A DNA stretch of 64,000 nt from Octopus vulgaris (GCA_951406725.2 OX597828.1:61442001-61506000), one strand, 5' to 3'; counted from the first letter of the stretch, positions 13,801 to 28,374 are shown. Made by a program: numbers and translations. Notes: a model not told the origin generated them from the sequence alone.

Positions 13801-14038
13801 GAATAGCCATGAAATATTAGTGGGCCTCCAGCTCGGCACCTGAAGAAATAGGTCCATGCTATCCAACAGCGTGATGGAGCACTGGATTGGTTAAATTTCT
13901 CCAAAAGAAGAAGAACTGAGATGAGGCGACAAGCAAGGTAACAAGCATTGACTCCAGAGAATTCAATGACACGCATAAGCAAAATAAGTTCAAATTATGC
14001 TGTAAAAACACCTCTCTAATGAAAACATTATGAATGCC

Positions 14039-14333
14039 ACTTAACGTATGTGTGTTGTTTAAACGCCAGAAGCTACGGTTTTTCGTCCGGGAAAAATTTC
14101 CCTAGCGATTTCGATATTGTTTCATAAGTGAAACGGGTACGGGGCATTGATAAACCGCAAATGCGGTGAAGTATGGAATCTTTCGTTCTCGTGCGCACTT
14201 CTGGAGCGATATAATTTCGCCTGACTATGAATATATGTTTTTTGTTTGGTTTTTAACACCTTACGTCTTTAAACGAGTTTTTCTCGGAGGGAAAACTGCA
14301 ACTTCTGGCATTAAACAACACATACGTTAAGTA
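14039..14333. mobile_element. MITE with ~55 bp imperfect TIRs
   Basis: acttaacgtatgtgtgttgtttaaacgccagaag... versus ...cttctggcattaaacaacacatacgttaagt. Confidence 0.7.
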
Positions 14334-14442
14334 GGTGATATGAATAATGTTTTCCTTATACAGGTATTTCTATTGTATAATCTGTATGTGTGTGTGTGTT
14401 GTGTGTATATTGTGTGTATGTATATTTGTATATGTATGTGTG

Positions 14443-14503
14443 TTGCTTTATTTAAAGCAGCAGAAAATTCTACAGCAGAAATTTCTGCTGCTTTAAATAA
14501 AGC
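14443..14503. repeat. Short hairpin with ~23 bp stem
   Basis: tgctttatttaaagcagcagaaa / tttctgctgctttaaataaagca between (TG)-rich tracts. Confidence 0.75.
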
Positions 14504-14879
14504 ATATGTATGTGTGTTGTGCAGAAATCGCGTTTGTGTTCCAGTTTTATGATGTATTAGCAGTATATTTTCGTGTGTTTGTACGAGTTGTATGGAACAA
14601 TCCTCTCCATTAAAAAAAAATCTTTCATCTACACTTTCAGACCTTCAAAATCGTATCTTATGCATGAAAAGGCATTCCTGAGAGTTGCTGACTCGTTATA
14701 ATATGCAAGGCTAACGTAATTCGTGTAGATATTGCCATCGGAATTTAATATTTTGATGTTGGACTTATATGCTACTTTCACTTCATCCAGAAGATGAGAA
14801 CATAAACGCATACAAACATTAATGATGGATTTTGAGAACGTTTACAGTTCTAAACAAAAATTTAAAAAAAACATGTAAA

Positions 14880-16400
14880 TATTCAAATTATTAACGATAT
14901 AACTTTTAAAAATTTTATCTAAAAACCACTCGTTGAAATTCAACGAAATTGTCACAGAATGATGGCAACAGTGTGGTGTGTAAATAGCGTGAGGTTATGT
15001 AAAACGACACAGTAACTACGGCCACTTACCAAATTTACGTAAACTTTTACTGTTTCAAATTATTAGCCAGGTGTAATTAAAACTCATGTAAAGAAAATGC
15101 TAATTTACTTTGTTGATGTACATACGGAAATGAATACATGCGGTCATAAACATGGAAGAAATAGAAATAAACAAATAAACAACATACAAAAATGATTGGT
15201 GAGCTGGTTAGTAAGGGATATATGAGCCTTTGTTTGAAATAAGTTGGAAAAGGCGCTAGTCCATAGAACATGCAAGTTAGTTTCTGGATATCCTCTGATG
15301 TTATATCACGAAATAAATCCACTATTACCTGTCACAATTCATTGTTGCTCCTAAATTGGCGTCCATTCTCGTAAACACGTCGCCTTAGAATACTCCACAA
15401 GGCAACAACAGGCAGGCCATTTCATCTTCCGAGGTCCACAGATGCTTAATTGTTACAGGCACTCTGTAGTTTTCTTCGTTGAGTGCGAGGACACATTATA
15501 CTGCATCAGTAATATGGTTGCCTTGAAGGTGATGCTTTGCTTTTTTTACCATGGCTCAAGGTGCTCTCTTAGGCGGCTATGTAAGTATCCACGGTCATTT
15601 TAGCACCGTCAGGCACTTTGCAAGGACAAACCAAAATACCTCCAATGATACCTGCCCAAATCATGATGTCTCCTCCCTATTGTTGCCGTCTCAAGGGTTG
15701 ATGACGATCTCGTTTATTTGCATCCCATCCCTTGCTCCAATCATCAGGTCTATCAAGGGTAGCAAGTGTTTCGTCCATAAACAAAACTTTTGAAAAGTCG
15801 ACCTTCATGTTATCTTCTGCCCATTTCAGACGATTTTGAATGTGTTTTTGTTTAAAGGAAACCTTTTAACTGATGTCACTGGTTTGCCGATGTTTTCAGA
15901 AAACGACATCAGGTAGTTCTAGACGCAGTTCTTTCACCAATGCGCCTCAGAAGTTCTCCACTTGTAAGATCTGGGTTCCTTACAGCTTCACGTTTAATTC
16001 GTGACAGAAAACGTTGACTCTTATCGGTTCTCTTACGTATCTTCGTAGGAGCTATAACAATTTTTTCATAGTTTAGTGATATCTTCCAATTTTACATATT
16101 TCTAATGTTGATTTACATTTTACAAGTTCAGTAGTAATAACAAATTTCTCCGAAGCAGTTAAGTCACATTTAAGATCCATAATTACACGATTATCAAACC
16201 ACTCGTTAATAATTTTGAACACTGAATGTTCAGCGAAATCATTCAAATGGCTGCAGTTTGTTTACACTTACGCAATACTTCACGTTTTTACACACCATGC
16301 ACATATAACCATTGTTATCATTCTGTTGAGATTTCGTTGAATTCCAACGAGTAGTTTTAAAATAATTTTTTTTTAAATTTTACGTTGTTAATAATTTGAA
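14880..16400 (-). mobile_element. Decayed Tc1-like transposon with long TIRs
   Basis: Inverted repeats ~14880-15005 and ~16270-16400 (ttcaaattattaac...actcgttg-aattcaacgaaa); minus-strand remnants VDFSKVLFMDETLATLDRPDDWSK, RRQQ*GGDIMIWAGIIGG and MKWPA. Confidence 0.8.
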
Positions 16401-16580
16401 ATGCAATGTATATGTTAAGGCTGTTCACCATGTCTGCAAATATATACTTATATTGTTACACGCATCTAATCTTCCTATACCATACTCAGACGAATATATA
16501 ACTATTATATATAGTAACAAACTGCAATTATATCTCGTATATATACGTACCACGTCCGTTGGCACATGCATGATTACTTT

Positions 16581-16716
<136 letters not shown>

Positions 16717-19092
16717 AGAATTTAGCACAAGCAGACAGAGTTGCAGAAACAACCGCACATATTAAATTCAGAGACGTGTATATATTTAAACCAAAAGAAA
16801 AATGAAAGTGGAATGAAAAACAAAAATGAGAATGACGTATGTATATGAACGTAAGGCGACAAGTGTTTTTCTAGAGAAAAGCAATGGTAGAAATTGTAAT
16901 TGTAAAGTCCGAGTAAATAGACGAGTCAAGATTGCAATAGGAACTGGAGGAAAGGGAAGTCAAATCGTACAACTTCATATGAAACATGCACAAAATGCGT
17001 CCCTCTCTGTCTCACATTCTCTCTTTGCTTTCCTTTCTCAGCTTATAATTATTTATGGATACACAACATACATACTTTTTCTATGCGTATGAGTCTTTCT
17101 CTGCATAAATATATATATATATACACACACATACATATATAAACATACATATTTTCATATATATACGTATATGCATGAAAATAAGGGTTTTGTATAATTT
17201 GAGAATCTTTTTATAAGTTTATAAAATTAAAAAAAAACAAGCATTAAAATTTTCTTTATCCTTTACGATAAATATATATCATTGTTTTATATTACATTAT
17301 TACAGCAATTGTCGTTATTGTTGCTTTTGTAGATCAGTCATTTTTGTTGTGGAATTTTTTGTTGCTGGCATTTTTAATTAAATGTTTTATGGTGCCTGCA
17401 AATTAAATGCTTTAGTTTAAACCCTCTTATCTAAGTTACATAGCATTAGGTACAACTAATTCACCATGATAGCCGCTCTCAGAAGAGCTGGGGTATTTAC
17501 CGCTCCGACTTTTTGGTCTTTACTGATGTAATCTATCCCAGTTTCTGTTTTGTTTTCTTCGAAACATGGAACTGTCGGATGTACTTAAAATTCATCTCTC
17601 TCCTACCTCTTTCTCTCTTTTCTCACTTTCTTTTCTCTCTCACCCTTTCTCCCGTTAACTCCCTCCCCTCTCTCTCTCTCTCTCTCTCTTTATCCCCTCT
17701 CACTTTATCTTCTCTCTTTCATTATTTTCAACTCTATGACTGAAATGAAAGATGAGCTAACGAACGAAATAAATTGGTACAGTCTTCCGCTTTTTTTTTA
17801 CCAAAAATATTTTATTTGGGACGTTTTTTATCTTCTTTCGCCTATGTTCCCATCTAATTTCTTATCTTAACCTAATTAGGTTATCTTTTTTGATGGTGAA
17901 ACGATAAACAATACAAAACACAACACACTGAACGTTTTCTGTGTTTCTTTGGAAAATGCTGTTTAAAGTAGATTCCATCTTCGTCAATTAGAACAAGTAA
18001 CGACGGCAGAAGAAGATGAGTTTTCTCTCACCATGCTTGCTGTTAACATTTACGAGTAACTGGGACATTGCGAATTATGTTTTGGCTAAGGATGCAATAG
18101 TAAACCGACACACCAGTACAAACTGAGGACAATACGCTTTCGACTGCATTCCTTCACAATAACTTTCAACTGAACATTAGTTTTACCATTAATTGGTTTG
18201 ATACCAATATATTACTGGTATTACTGGTTCATAATAAACTTAATTCGATGCCTAAAAGCAGATGAAAAATTATATCATTGATTCTGAATTTAGAATAAAA
18301 AAGATTCCACTTCTGCCAGCATTGTATTATTTATGTCACCTCATCTTAGATTCCATGTTCAGTAATATGTGAAAGATTCCCATAATCGGACCTATTTGAA
18401 AACATACGGGTAGATGTATAATGACAAGTCTTTCCTGCTGATCCTATAAAAACTTCTATCTTTTTTATCTTCAGTTGGCTTTAGTCATTATATTACAATC
18501 ATGCTATGAGAGATTTTAAGCGTTTTAGTCGCTCATATTGACGCCAGTACATAGCTATAGATATATTTTCCGAATGGGTAAGTCCTCTTCTTTTACACAC
18601 CGACAATTTTACACTGGTAAACATAAAGACACAGATAGACACAGATAGACAGACAGACAAATACACACACACAAAGCATATATGTATATGTGCAATATAT
18701 ATATATACTTATACACAGGTGCCCTCTTGTCTCTGGACAATCTGCGAGGGATCTTTAATAGTATGTCACAAAAGTGGGCCTAATTTCCACCAGGTCATCA
18801 TTTTATAATCTCGAGATTATATATCCTTATCAAATCGGATTTCTTACCGAATGCCACGTAACGATGGTTTTTTTACTTTCTTTGGATAAGGCGATACTTT
18901 CTATAAGCCCCCAGATTCAATTTTATGGTATTTTGATATTTATTGAATCTGTATTCGTCTTCGTTGTTCAAATATATATCACAGCCATTCTAAATAATTT
19001 CTCTTAGCGTGTTTACGTTTATTTATTCACAATAAATATATGCGTGTGTGTATACATACATACATACATACATACATACATACATACATACA

Positions 19093-19183
<91 letters not shown>

Positions 19184-19458
19184 AAAATGCACATTGTGTA
19201 CAGGACATCACCAACGAGTGAAAAATACATGAACACACGAGAGGAAAGAACAGGACAAAATACCTAAAGAAGATAACTCTTCATCAGTTGTCGGACTGTT
19301 TGTTACTCCTACTTCGTGCTTTTAACGAAAATACAGGGAAACTTCATGAGACAGCAACATTCAGAAATTTAAAAAATATAAAATTCATTGAGAGTTAGAG
19401 CTTCGAACGAACAAACAACGTACAGACTTAACAATCGAGGAAGACAAACATTCAGGGC

Positions 19459-19522
<64 letters not shown>

Positions 19523-19547
19523 TTAAAAACAGAACACAAAGGATATC

Positions 19548-19638
19548 GCGGTACACTTGTTTCAAGCTTTATAAACAATCCGTTATTACATCAGTGTATT
19601 ATTGATATAAAAGATGGTTTAAGGCTCTCTTGAGCCGC
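19548..19638 (-). ncRNA. Type I hammerhead ribozyme with core G5C substitution (probably inactive)
   Basis: Minus strand: gcgg-CTCAAGA-gagccttaaac...gtttataaagctt-GAAAC-aagt-GTA-ccgc; perfect stem I; ~40 nt from a (TA)n tract. Confidence 0.6.
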
Positions 19639-21590
19639 AAACATTGTTAGTCCAAAGATTACACCACAATATAAAAAATACAAAAACTACATGTAGTATT
19701 ACCCATTATAATAGGTTTATCATATCTCCTTGAAAAAGTATATTTGTATAATTGCCTAACTGTATAAATGTATAAAGATTCATTGGATTTCGAAAATCTG
19801 CCCATACTGTATCACCAATCAACATAGAGTGAATGTTAAATAGATTGGATTGTGTTCATATTTAATTCTCTTGTATAAGATAGGAAGGAAAATAAGATAG
19901 AAAGAAAAAATAAAGAGAAAAAAAATAAAAGCTAAAAAATAATTTATTCTTTGTAGTTTATCTTTAACTTCCATCTTAATATTCATTTCAGCTTATTTTA
20001 TTCTTTACATTTTCACTTTGCTCTTTACCTCTTTGTAACCTATTATTATTTATTATTATTTATCTTTTTATGTATCATGTCAGATATCTTTTGAACATCT
20101 CCAAATATATTTGATGGATTTTGATATATTATTGATATATTATTGATACATTCTTGATATCTTACAACATCTTTCTGATATCACCAGTTTAAGCTGTCAG
20201 TATTTTACTAATTCTAATGCCCTTTCACTATTACGTTTTTTTTTTAAATGATCCTTGTAAAATTCTATTTTTTCAAAAATGATACTGGCATAGCTCTATT
20301 CCTATAGAAACTTATACCTCTATACCAATTACTTCATTTATTGTTAATTTGCTACTCCCTTTTATCACTTATATGTATATTTATTTCTTTTATTTATTTC
20401 TTTTTAATTCATTCCCTTTACTAATAATCCATCACTCCAACTTGTAGTTACTTAATGACAGACCTATTGGATTGCTGCATATTTTTTTTATTACTCTACA
20501 ATTTTCGTGAGGTTTTCAACTTATGCAAACATAATAACTTTGCTTAGAATTTGTATTTACGAATGACTCTCCCATTTTTGAACGCATTGTCGCGTAAGTT
20601 TGTTTTCCTGCGACCAATATTCTCTAATAATATCTTAAAATGTAGCGGAGTACTGATATTTTACAATGAACTTAAACGCGTATATGGTTCAGAATTGGTT
20701 TAGCTAGAGAATGTAGAAGTGCGTCTGGAAAAGAGAAATATTGACCTAATAGTGAGAAGTATAAACCAATGGCTCTTATATGACATTACACTGGACTCAG
20801 TCATTATAGATTCTAGTGTCTTGCAAGAGATATGCTACATTGATGGTGATAAGATACAAGCCAGTTATTCAATATCTAAAAACATTTCGATACCATAAAC
20901 TATAGTGTCTTGGATTATTATGGATATTATAAAGTAATTGAACATAATTTTTGCTTTAAACTATGTTGTGAATTTTAATTTCCTTTTCTGTGGAGTCATG
21001 AATAAGTTGGGATATTTGAACTTTTTATAACCATAGAGCTAAAACAATTTCTGTTAATGGTTTCAGTGCAAATACTTTTCTGTTTTTCTAAGACGGTACG
21101 ACTGTGACTCTTCTGGATTGCAATTCAAGTTCTTGAGCTCCATTCTAGTCTAATGATCGTGTGCCTAAAAGTAGAATAACTAATATTGGTGTTATGTTTC
21201 TCTCTTGGTGACACCACATCTTTTTAGAAAGAGAGGTGGGGAGAGAGGGGAGAGAGAAAAAGCGAGAGAGAGAGTACAGTCGTACTTCCTTGATTCCTGC
21301 TCTTTGGGGGTTTGATTTCTAAGTGAATCAAATTGTGTTGCTGCATTGCTCATTCTATTCCAACACGTGTTGGTAAGATAAGAAGATAATCTAGAAGATA
21401 ATCTAGCAAAGATCACCGTCAGCCTCTTTACACGTCAGAACGCTAATTTATACCTTTATAAAATATAAATTCTCTATGTGAGTTTCTCGTATTTAAAGAA
21501 AATGCCTTACAACTAATTCCTGAACAGCTTTTATGTTAGTTTTGTTAAATAATATTCTGAAAATGATTTCATTGCAAATAAAACTAGGTG

Positions 21591-21623
<33 letters not shown>

Positions 21624-23392
21624 TAATTTTCTCATAAAAAATGCTTCTGGGATAAAATATAGCTCCAATATTTGAAATGCAAAACATATGCCACCTTAAA
21701 CAATCAGAAAGTGTGACAAAGAAAAAAGAAGAGACGCAATCAGGTTAATAGTCCCGTTAAACTTTAACAGTATGATATACAGAGATTTATTAATCAGTGA
21801 ATTGAAAGAAAACATGAAAATACGTAATAATTTTTTTTTTTAGCATTAAACATCCTTTACAAAAATAGAACAAAATGAATTAGAAAACAAAATACAATAG
21901 ACAATCATAATAAGACTGTTTATGCTATCCTGTTATCGCTGAAACTTAGAACTTTGATCATTAATGAAACCAGTAGAGAGGAAACATTTTTAATTGAAAA
22001 GAGAATAAAATTAGCAAATGTAGTAAAACGAAAAAAATATAACAAAACGGTTGTAATGAATTTTCTTTTATGTAATAAACACCTGTTAAATGCATACCTA
22101 ATATAAAATTTACTTGCTTTTAGGTTCCTTATTCTGTTGTGTAGTTGGTTCCATTCAAAATTCATAGAACTCGGAATAAAGAGCTGTTTTTGGCATATAG
22201 CAGATATCAAAAATAATGATTTCTATCATTAATACATGGGCATGTGTTTTTACCACAAAACAAAGTATCTCAGAGAAGTAATCAAACACATTTATAGCTC
22301 TTTAAAACCCGCAAAACAAAAGACAAACATGAACATATGTCGAATTCTTTGCTCAAATATTTCTGTTTGAAGCTTTTGCCGAAAGTACTGACTCCAGAAT
22401 ACTCCCTGACTTGTAATTTCGTAATTAGACTGACTTAACTATTGTAATTTATTCATTATTTTAACACTTTAACAAGAATAAATGGCTTGTAATATGGCTT
22501 GTAATATGAAAAAATATTCAATCTCGATAATATGATATGTCCGATGCTTACAAGGTATTAGTTTCCGATAAGTGTCAACTATATGGATATAACATTTAGC
22601 GGGTAGAGGTATTTTGAGAAAAGACATGTTTGTTTCTGCATGTTTCTGGCATATAAATAGTACACATTATCCATTCTGTTGTCGGTTGTGTAATATAGTT
22701 TTTAAATATATGCTTTAAAGAACATCCCGAGCTAATAAAGAGATCTCCAGGATTTTCGTAAGTAAGGATTAATTTATTCGACGACATCTGTAGAATGTCT
22801 AATTTTAAAATATTTACATTTCTGCTGTTACCAATAAGATCGATTACATTTGCTACAGAACAAAGCTAAGCTAAATCTTTAAGTTATCTTTGCTTCTAAG
22901 TCTCATACAAAGCAAGATCTATTATTAATCCTCATTTCTAAAGCGGTTTTCATACAATTAATGACAGTTACAGAGTGTTGTAATATAACATTCGGTAATT
23001 AAACACTGTGAAATGTATGCGCTAATGATTGATCTTGGAGTGCTATTTACAGTAAGAATAGAAATACCAGGAAGTATCTCTTTGAAGGAAGCTATAACGT
23101 TGATTTCTACGTTAATGTTTGTTAAAAGGGAACAGGGTGGCTTAAATGTGAATCACGAGAAAAATAGTAATAAGTGCTTAAACGGTTGAACTCTATGATC
23201 TAGAAGAGAATAAACAAATGATTAATGAGCACGACCTTATAAAATATGACCATAAAAAAAATTTTAATGATATTGTTGTAGCATTAAAGTTAGCTTAAAT
23301 TATGGCAACATGTTTGGCCTAATCATTTATATTTTTCTGTGATAATGCATATAGAGACTCCCAGTATTTACACTTGAGTAATCACTTCGAAA

Positions 23393-25819
23393 AATTGATT
23401 CCCAACGTGGTCCCTGGGGCCCACCGGTGGTCCCCAGAGAATTTGTAGCCATGAAAAAATTGAAGCCATTTCTGATCTACACAATATTGTTCGATAATAA
23501 AGACACTGTTAGTTATTAATAATTTATATGAAGACAGAATAATAATAAGAAAACAAAATTCAATAATTATTCCATAAGAATTAATAAGGTACAATATATA
23601 ATCAATAATATATTACAATCAAGAATTACATACTTTAAATTTTACAATTACAACAGTTTCATCCAAATTTGATATTTTTAATAGATCACTACACAATCTT
23701 GTTTAATAATAAATTTTAATTTATAGAAATAAAGTATTTATCATTTTTATTTTTTAAAGATCAGTTGTAATAATGTCTGAACCAACTGCTAAAAAGGCAA
23801 AACTGGGGAACTACAAAGAAGATTTTATCATGTTTGGTTTTGTATCTGTACACTCAAAACCTATGTGTCTTGAATGTGATGCCATCATGACACATCATTC
23901 CATGAAGAAAGTTAAGCTGGAATTGCACCAGAAATTAAGGCATCCATCATCTGTTGATAAAGGTAGGGAATATTTTGAGAATAAAAAGAAAATACAGCCA
24001 ATCAAACTGACTGACTTTGTAAAGAAGATGAATACTGAAAAAGCTAAGACACTCAAACCAAGTTATTTGGTCACTGAAATTATTGCCAAGGTTGCTACAT
24101 CTCAGACTTATGGCGAGAAACTTGACACGCCTGCTATGATAGCTTGTGCAAATGAGACTCTGAGAAAAGATGCTGCATCTACTCTGAGTACAATTCCACT
24201 TTCAAATAACACAATTACAAGAAGACAGGATAAAATGTCTAACTTTGTTGAGGAGAAGATTGTGGAAATTCTCCAAATGACAAATCTTTCTATCCAGGTT
24301 AATGATAGCACAATTCATAACCAAGCTATCATTCTGGTCTATGTCAGATTCATCCCTGAAGATGATATAAGGGAAGAAATGTTATTCATTAAAAGTTTGT
24401 CTGAAACTACTAATGGAGAATATATATTCAATGAAGTAATGCAGTATTTTAATGATGAAAATATTCCATTGACTAATTTGATCAACATTGCATCAGATGG
24501 GGCTGCAGCCATGACTGGAAAAGTGAAAGGCTTTGTTTCTAGAATGAAATCAGTTGCTCCTCACATTATTTATATACATTGCATTATCTACAGGCAGCAT
24601 CTGGTTGCTAAGAATATTGGAGGACACATGGAAGGCTCACTCAACACTGCCATACATGCAATTAACTTTGTCAAATCAAACTCAGTGAATAATAGTTTTT
24701 TTTTATGCAATTCTGTGAAGATGAAGATTTTAAAACCCTATTGCTTCACACAGAAGTAAGATGGTTGTCAAAAGGCCTGAGGCTTGAAAGACTGGTGAAT
24801 TTGTGGGAACCATTAATCAACTTTCTCATGTTCAAGAGTCAGATGACTCATTACAAATCCAAGAAGCAAGCTGATACAGCTAAGAAACTTTTGGAAAAAC
24901 TTTCTGAGTTTAAATCAAAAATATTCTACTTGAGTGGTATTTTTAAAACAGTGAATCTGCTTAATTTAGAGCTGCAAGGTAGAAAATCAGATTTGATCAC
25001 CCGTTCTCAGAAGATAAAAGGGTATATGGGAAAATTAAAATTTTGGAAAAAAACCGTTTTAAAAAAAATTGGCATAATTTCGAAATTTTAACACCACCGT
25101 TCCTACATCAGAATGTATTGCTGCATGCATTGCCCATCTTGATGATCTTCACTTTGAGAGAAGATACAATGATTTATTAAAGATGGATTATCCACTCTGG
25201 TTTGTAGACCTAAGAAATTATGAGCCAGGAGATGAACATTTTGAGTTGGCTGAAATGTTGTTGGATTTGAAAGAGAATATGAAACTGAGACGAAGAGTTG
25301 AGAAGGAAGGTGCCTTTGCCTACATATCGATAAAGGGATCACACCCAAATATTTTTCGACATGTAGCAAGCATCATTTCTTTCCCTGCCACATGGATGGT
25401 GGAATCTACATTTTCAGCTGTTGTAGATATCTTAAGTAGAAAAAGAAATAAATTAGATGTCAACAGCAGATGAACTATCAGACTAAGACTAAATGAGTTC
25501 ATTAAAATTGATTATGATATCTTGTGTCAGAAACACCAATATCAAGCTAGTCACTAGCTGAATGGACTAAACATGAATGACTTTATGAAAAATGATTTTG
25601 ATGTCTTTTGTTTATTTTTGTTTACTAAAATAAATTTTAAATTTTATCTTTTGTTTGCTAAAATAAATTTTAAGTGTAAAGTGTAAATAGACTATTTTGT
25701 CTTTCCATTAAGTATTTTAGTGTGAAAATAGAACAGCATAAAGTAAAAGTAGAAGTGATTCCTAGAAATATTTTCAAGTAAAAAATGGTCCCTGGGCTGA
25801 AAAAGGTTGGGAACCACTG
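23393..25819 (+). mobile_element. hAT transposon, Buster/Charlie type, full length
   Basis: 3' TIR gttgggaaccactg, degenerate 5' TIR aattgattcccaac; TSD-like acttcgaa / acttagaa (nnnTAnnn); subterminal tggtccctggg at both ends. Confidence 0.85.
23773..25557 (+). pseudogene. Buster-type hAT transposase (ZBED5/SCAND3-like), frameshifted
   Basis: BED-like PMCLEC...HQKLRH, IPLSNNTITRR, SDGAAAMTG, HCIIYRQHL, LLLHTEVRWLSKG, FPATWMVESTFS and C-terminal HQYQASH*; split across ORFs 23773-24759, 24705-25091 and 25183-25473. Confidence 0.92.
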
Positions 25820-26104
25820 ACTTAGAATTATATTGGCACTAGTTTTCATTTTGACTATATTTTGGCTTCTGAATGAATTGTTACATTTTCCAACATTTCT
25901 TATGATGTCTTTAAAGATGTTCCATAAAAAACCAAAACAAATCAGAACTATGATTTTATTTCACTTACTGTCTAATCTCGGTTACCGTAGACATAAACAT
26001 ACGAATATTCGCACGCAGCCACTCAGCCACATAGGCATTCACTCACATGCACATATCACATAATTTCAACAACATATATAGTGACATATGCATGTGAATA
26101 TATA

Positions 26105-27249
26105 TCTTTATATATGAGAATGTGTGTCTGTCTGTCTGTGTGTTTCCCTAAAACTTGAGAACTACACAACCAATTTCATTCAAATTTTACACATGCCTTA
26201 CTTAGGGTCCGGGGAGTGTCATCGGCAAAAGAATTTTACTTTTTGCCTAGGGCGAGCCCACAGCAATAACATATCTTCTCCACTACGATTCCCTAAAACT
26301 TGAGAACTACACAACCAATTTGATTCACATTTTACACATGCCTTACTTAGGGTCCATGTAGTTTCATGGGCAAAAAAATGTTCAACTTCTTCCCTAGAGC
26401 GAGCCCATAGCAATATCATATCTTCTCCACTATTTCAGTATTACGTGTTAAAAGTGAAACAAAAACGTTTCTCTATTTTATGTCAGATACTTTCACTTTA
26501 ACAATAAAAATAATAATAACAATTGAATTATATGTAGTAAGTAATAATTAAAATCAAACTAAAGTAACATGACAAAAGTAAAAATAGCAATTGGTATAAA
26601 ATTGCATCAATGATTTGAACTTGAATAAGTGGTTTCACATGAATGGGGATAAATTAAAAATAAAATTAGCGTGCAGAAATGGAATAGTCCAGATGGATAA
26701 TAAAAAATTAAATTAAAGAAAAGACTATTGTCTATAAAGTATACAATGTAGAGAAAAAAGATTTGAACACATGGAAAAGTGTCTTGGTGCGACTATGAAA
26801 GGTATCTAATCAGAGGAGGTAAATTCGCCACAATAGAAGCAAGGTTCGAGTCAACGGAGCGTGCAAGGGAGTACTCGACTCGAACTTGCAAAGTGGAAAT
26901 ATTTTATTTTTACCTTTATATCTGAGACGTAGGACGTCCCGGAGAAAAATTTACCCCCCCCCCAAGTAGAGGTAGGCTGGATTGTAGCCACACTTCTATA
27001 CAAGAGAGAGAGGACAAGAAACAATTGATTGAAATTACAAGAGACGGGCTAACAATTCCAGTCTGTTATATATTTTGAGTATTGTTATCACTAGCGATAT
27101 CAAGATATAACTTGTATTATGTATATATATATATTTTATGTGTAGATGTATATATATATAGATGTACATGTAATATGTACACATATATATATACACATAT
27201 ATACATGCACTAGCACTATGACCCGGCAACGACGGGTCTTTAATGCTAG
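26105..27249 (+). mobile_element. Complete non-autonomous Helitron
   Basis: 5' a|TC with (gtct)n, 3' hairpin gacccg-gcaacga-cgggtc then CTAG|t; internal ~145 bp tandem duplication (26143-26430). Confidence 0.8.
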
Positions 27250-27280
<31 letters not shown>

Positions 27281-27281
<1 letters not shown>

Positions 27282-27566
27282 GAGGCGCAATGGCCCAGTG
27301 GTTAGGGCAGCGGACTCGCGGTTTCGATTCCCAGACCGGGTGTTGTGAGTGTCATTGAGCGAAAACACCTAAAAGCTCGGCGTGGCTCCGGCAGGGGTGG
27401 TGGCGATCCCTGCTGTTCTCTTTGGCCACAACTTTCTCTCACTCTTTCTTCTGTTGGCCTGCTCGCGTAGCCAGCGGGGTGGCGTCATTTGAAGGCTAAT
27501 ACAATGCGAAGCACATTGTGAGCAGCGATGTGTAACAACATCTGATAGCCTGGTCGGTCACGGTGA
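27281..27566 (+). mobile_element. tRNA-derived SINE with RTE-like 3' tail
   Basis: ggaggcgcaatggcccagtggttag (A box), ggtttcgattccc (B box), tail ctggtcggtcacggtgat; second copy at 38701-38985. Confidence 0.8.
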
Positions 27567-27589
27567 TATATATAAATATATATATAGTG

Positions 27590-28330
27590 TATTGTTCCGT
27601 GATGGTAAGATCAACAAAAAAGTACTTCATCTGGTCAGAGATAAATATTATTTAATAAACACAATATATGTTTTTATATGCTACTATTAGTTTCATGTTC
27701 TGAGAACATGCCAAGCATTGTTTTATAATACGTCTGATGTCCCAACAAAATCATCAGACACTACCCACATAGCTTAACGAACTAAAAGTGGGACGAGAGA
27801 AAAAGCGAGAAAAGGTGACAAGGAAGTATATATAAAAAGTGTAAAGGTGAAAACCAGCAAACGAAAAGGCAATCAGAAGAAGCTATTTCCCTTAGATCTT
27901 AAATTATAAGGCTAAAAGATAGTAGTTAAGAGCCTATGATATAGTTATTTAAACCGAGTGGGGAGGTACCTCCTATTTTTTCAGGAACTTGGGCATATGC
28001 TTACCACAGCTGGAAATTTCAGATCTAGATTTCAGCAGTGAGTTGGAGTCCTTAGATCTGAAAAGGATCTGAGTTCTTTTAGCTAAGCATAGCTTTTTTG
28101 TTTTTGATCCGTTAACATATAATGTGGATTTTTCGACAATTTTGCACTTTATCGTGGTATTGCGTTTGATCTCAAACTCCATATGTGGCTAGCCAAATTA
28201 GTAGCTTTGCTTCTGTCCCTGTCGGAAGGAAGATATGTGATTAGAATAGCGATTCTTGAATTCTCCTTCACATAGTCCGACATAGCTCTTCAAGTCGGGT
28301 GTGTTATTTAATCATACATCGCTGGTCTAG
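27590..28330 (-). mobile_element. Penelope-like element 3' end (GIY-YIG C-terminus plus pseudo-LTR)
   Basis: TNLASHIW and YVNGSKTKKLCLAKRTQIL...LLKSRSEISSCGKHMPKF resemble PLE endonuclease C-termini; HHR downstream; flanked by (TA)n. Confidence 0.7.
27678..27761 (-). ncRNA. Type I hammerhead ribozyme, intact core, imperfect stems
   Basis: Minus strand: gtgt-CTGATGA-ttttgttgggacat...atgttctcagaacat-GAAAC-taata-GTA-gcat. Confidence 0.6.
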
Positions 28331-28374
28331 TGGACATCATTGCAATCCTGTTGTCTATATACATATATATATAT

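Noticed and set aside
19275-19330. Minus-strand CTGATGA in a short element between (TA)n tracts
   Set aside because: No correctly placed GAAA or stem III downstream.
26143-26430. CRISPR-like or other spaced repeat array
   Set aside because: Only a two-unit tandem duplication inside a Helitron; no repeat-spacer structure or cas genes, and the context is eukaryotic.
27281-27340. tRNA genes at SINE heads (also 1403, 38930 and 54833)
   Set aside because: A and B boxes are present but there is no complete cloverleaf and each continues into a SINE body.
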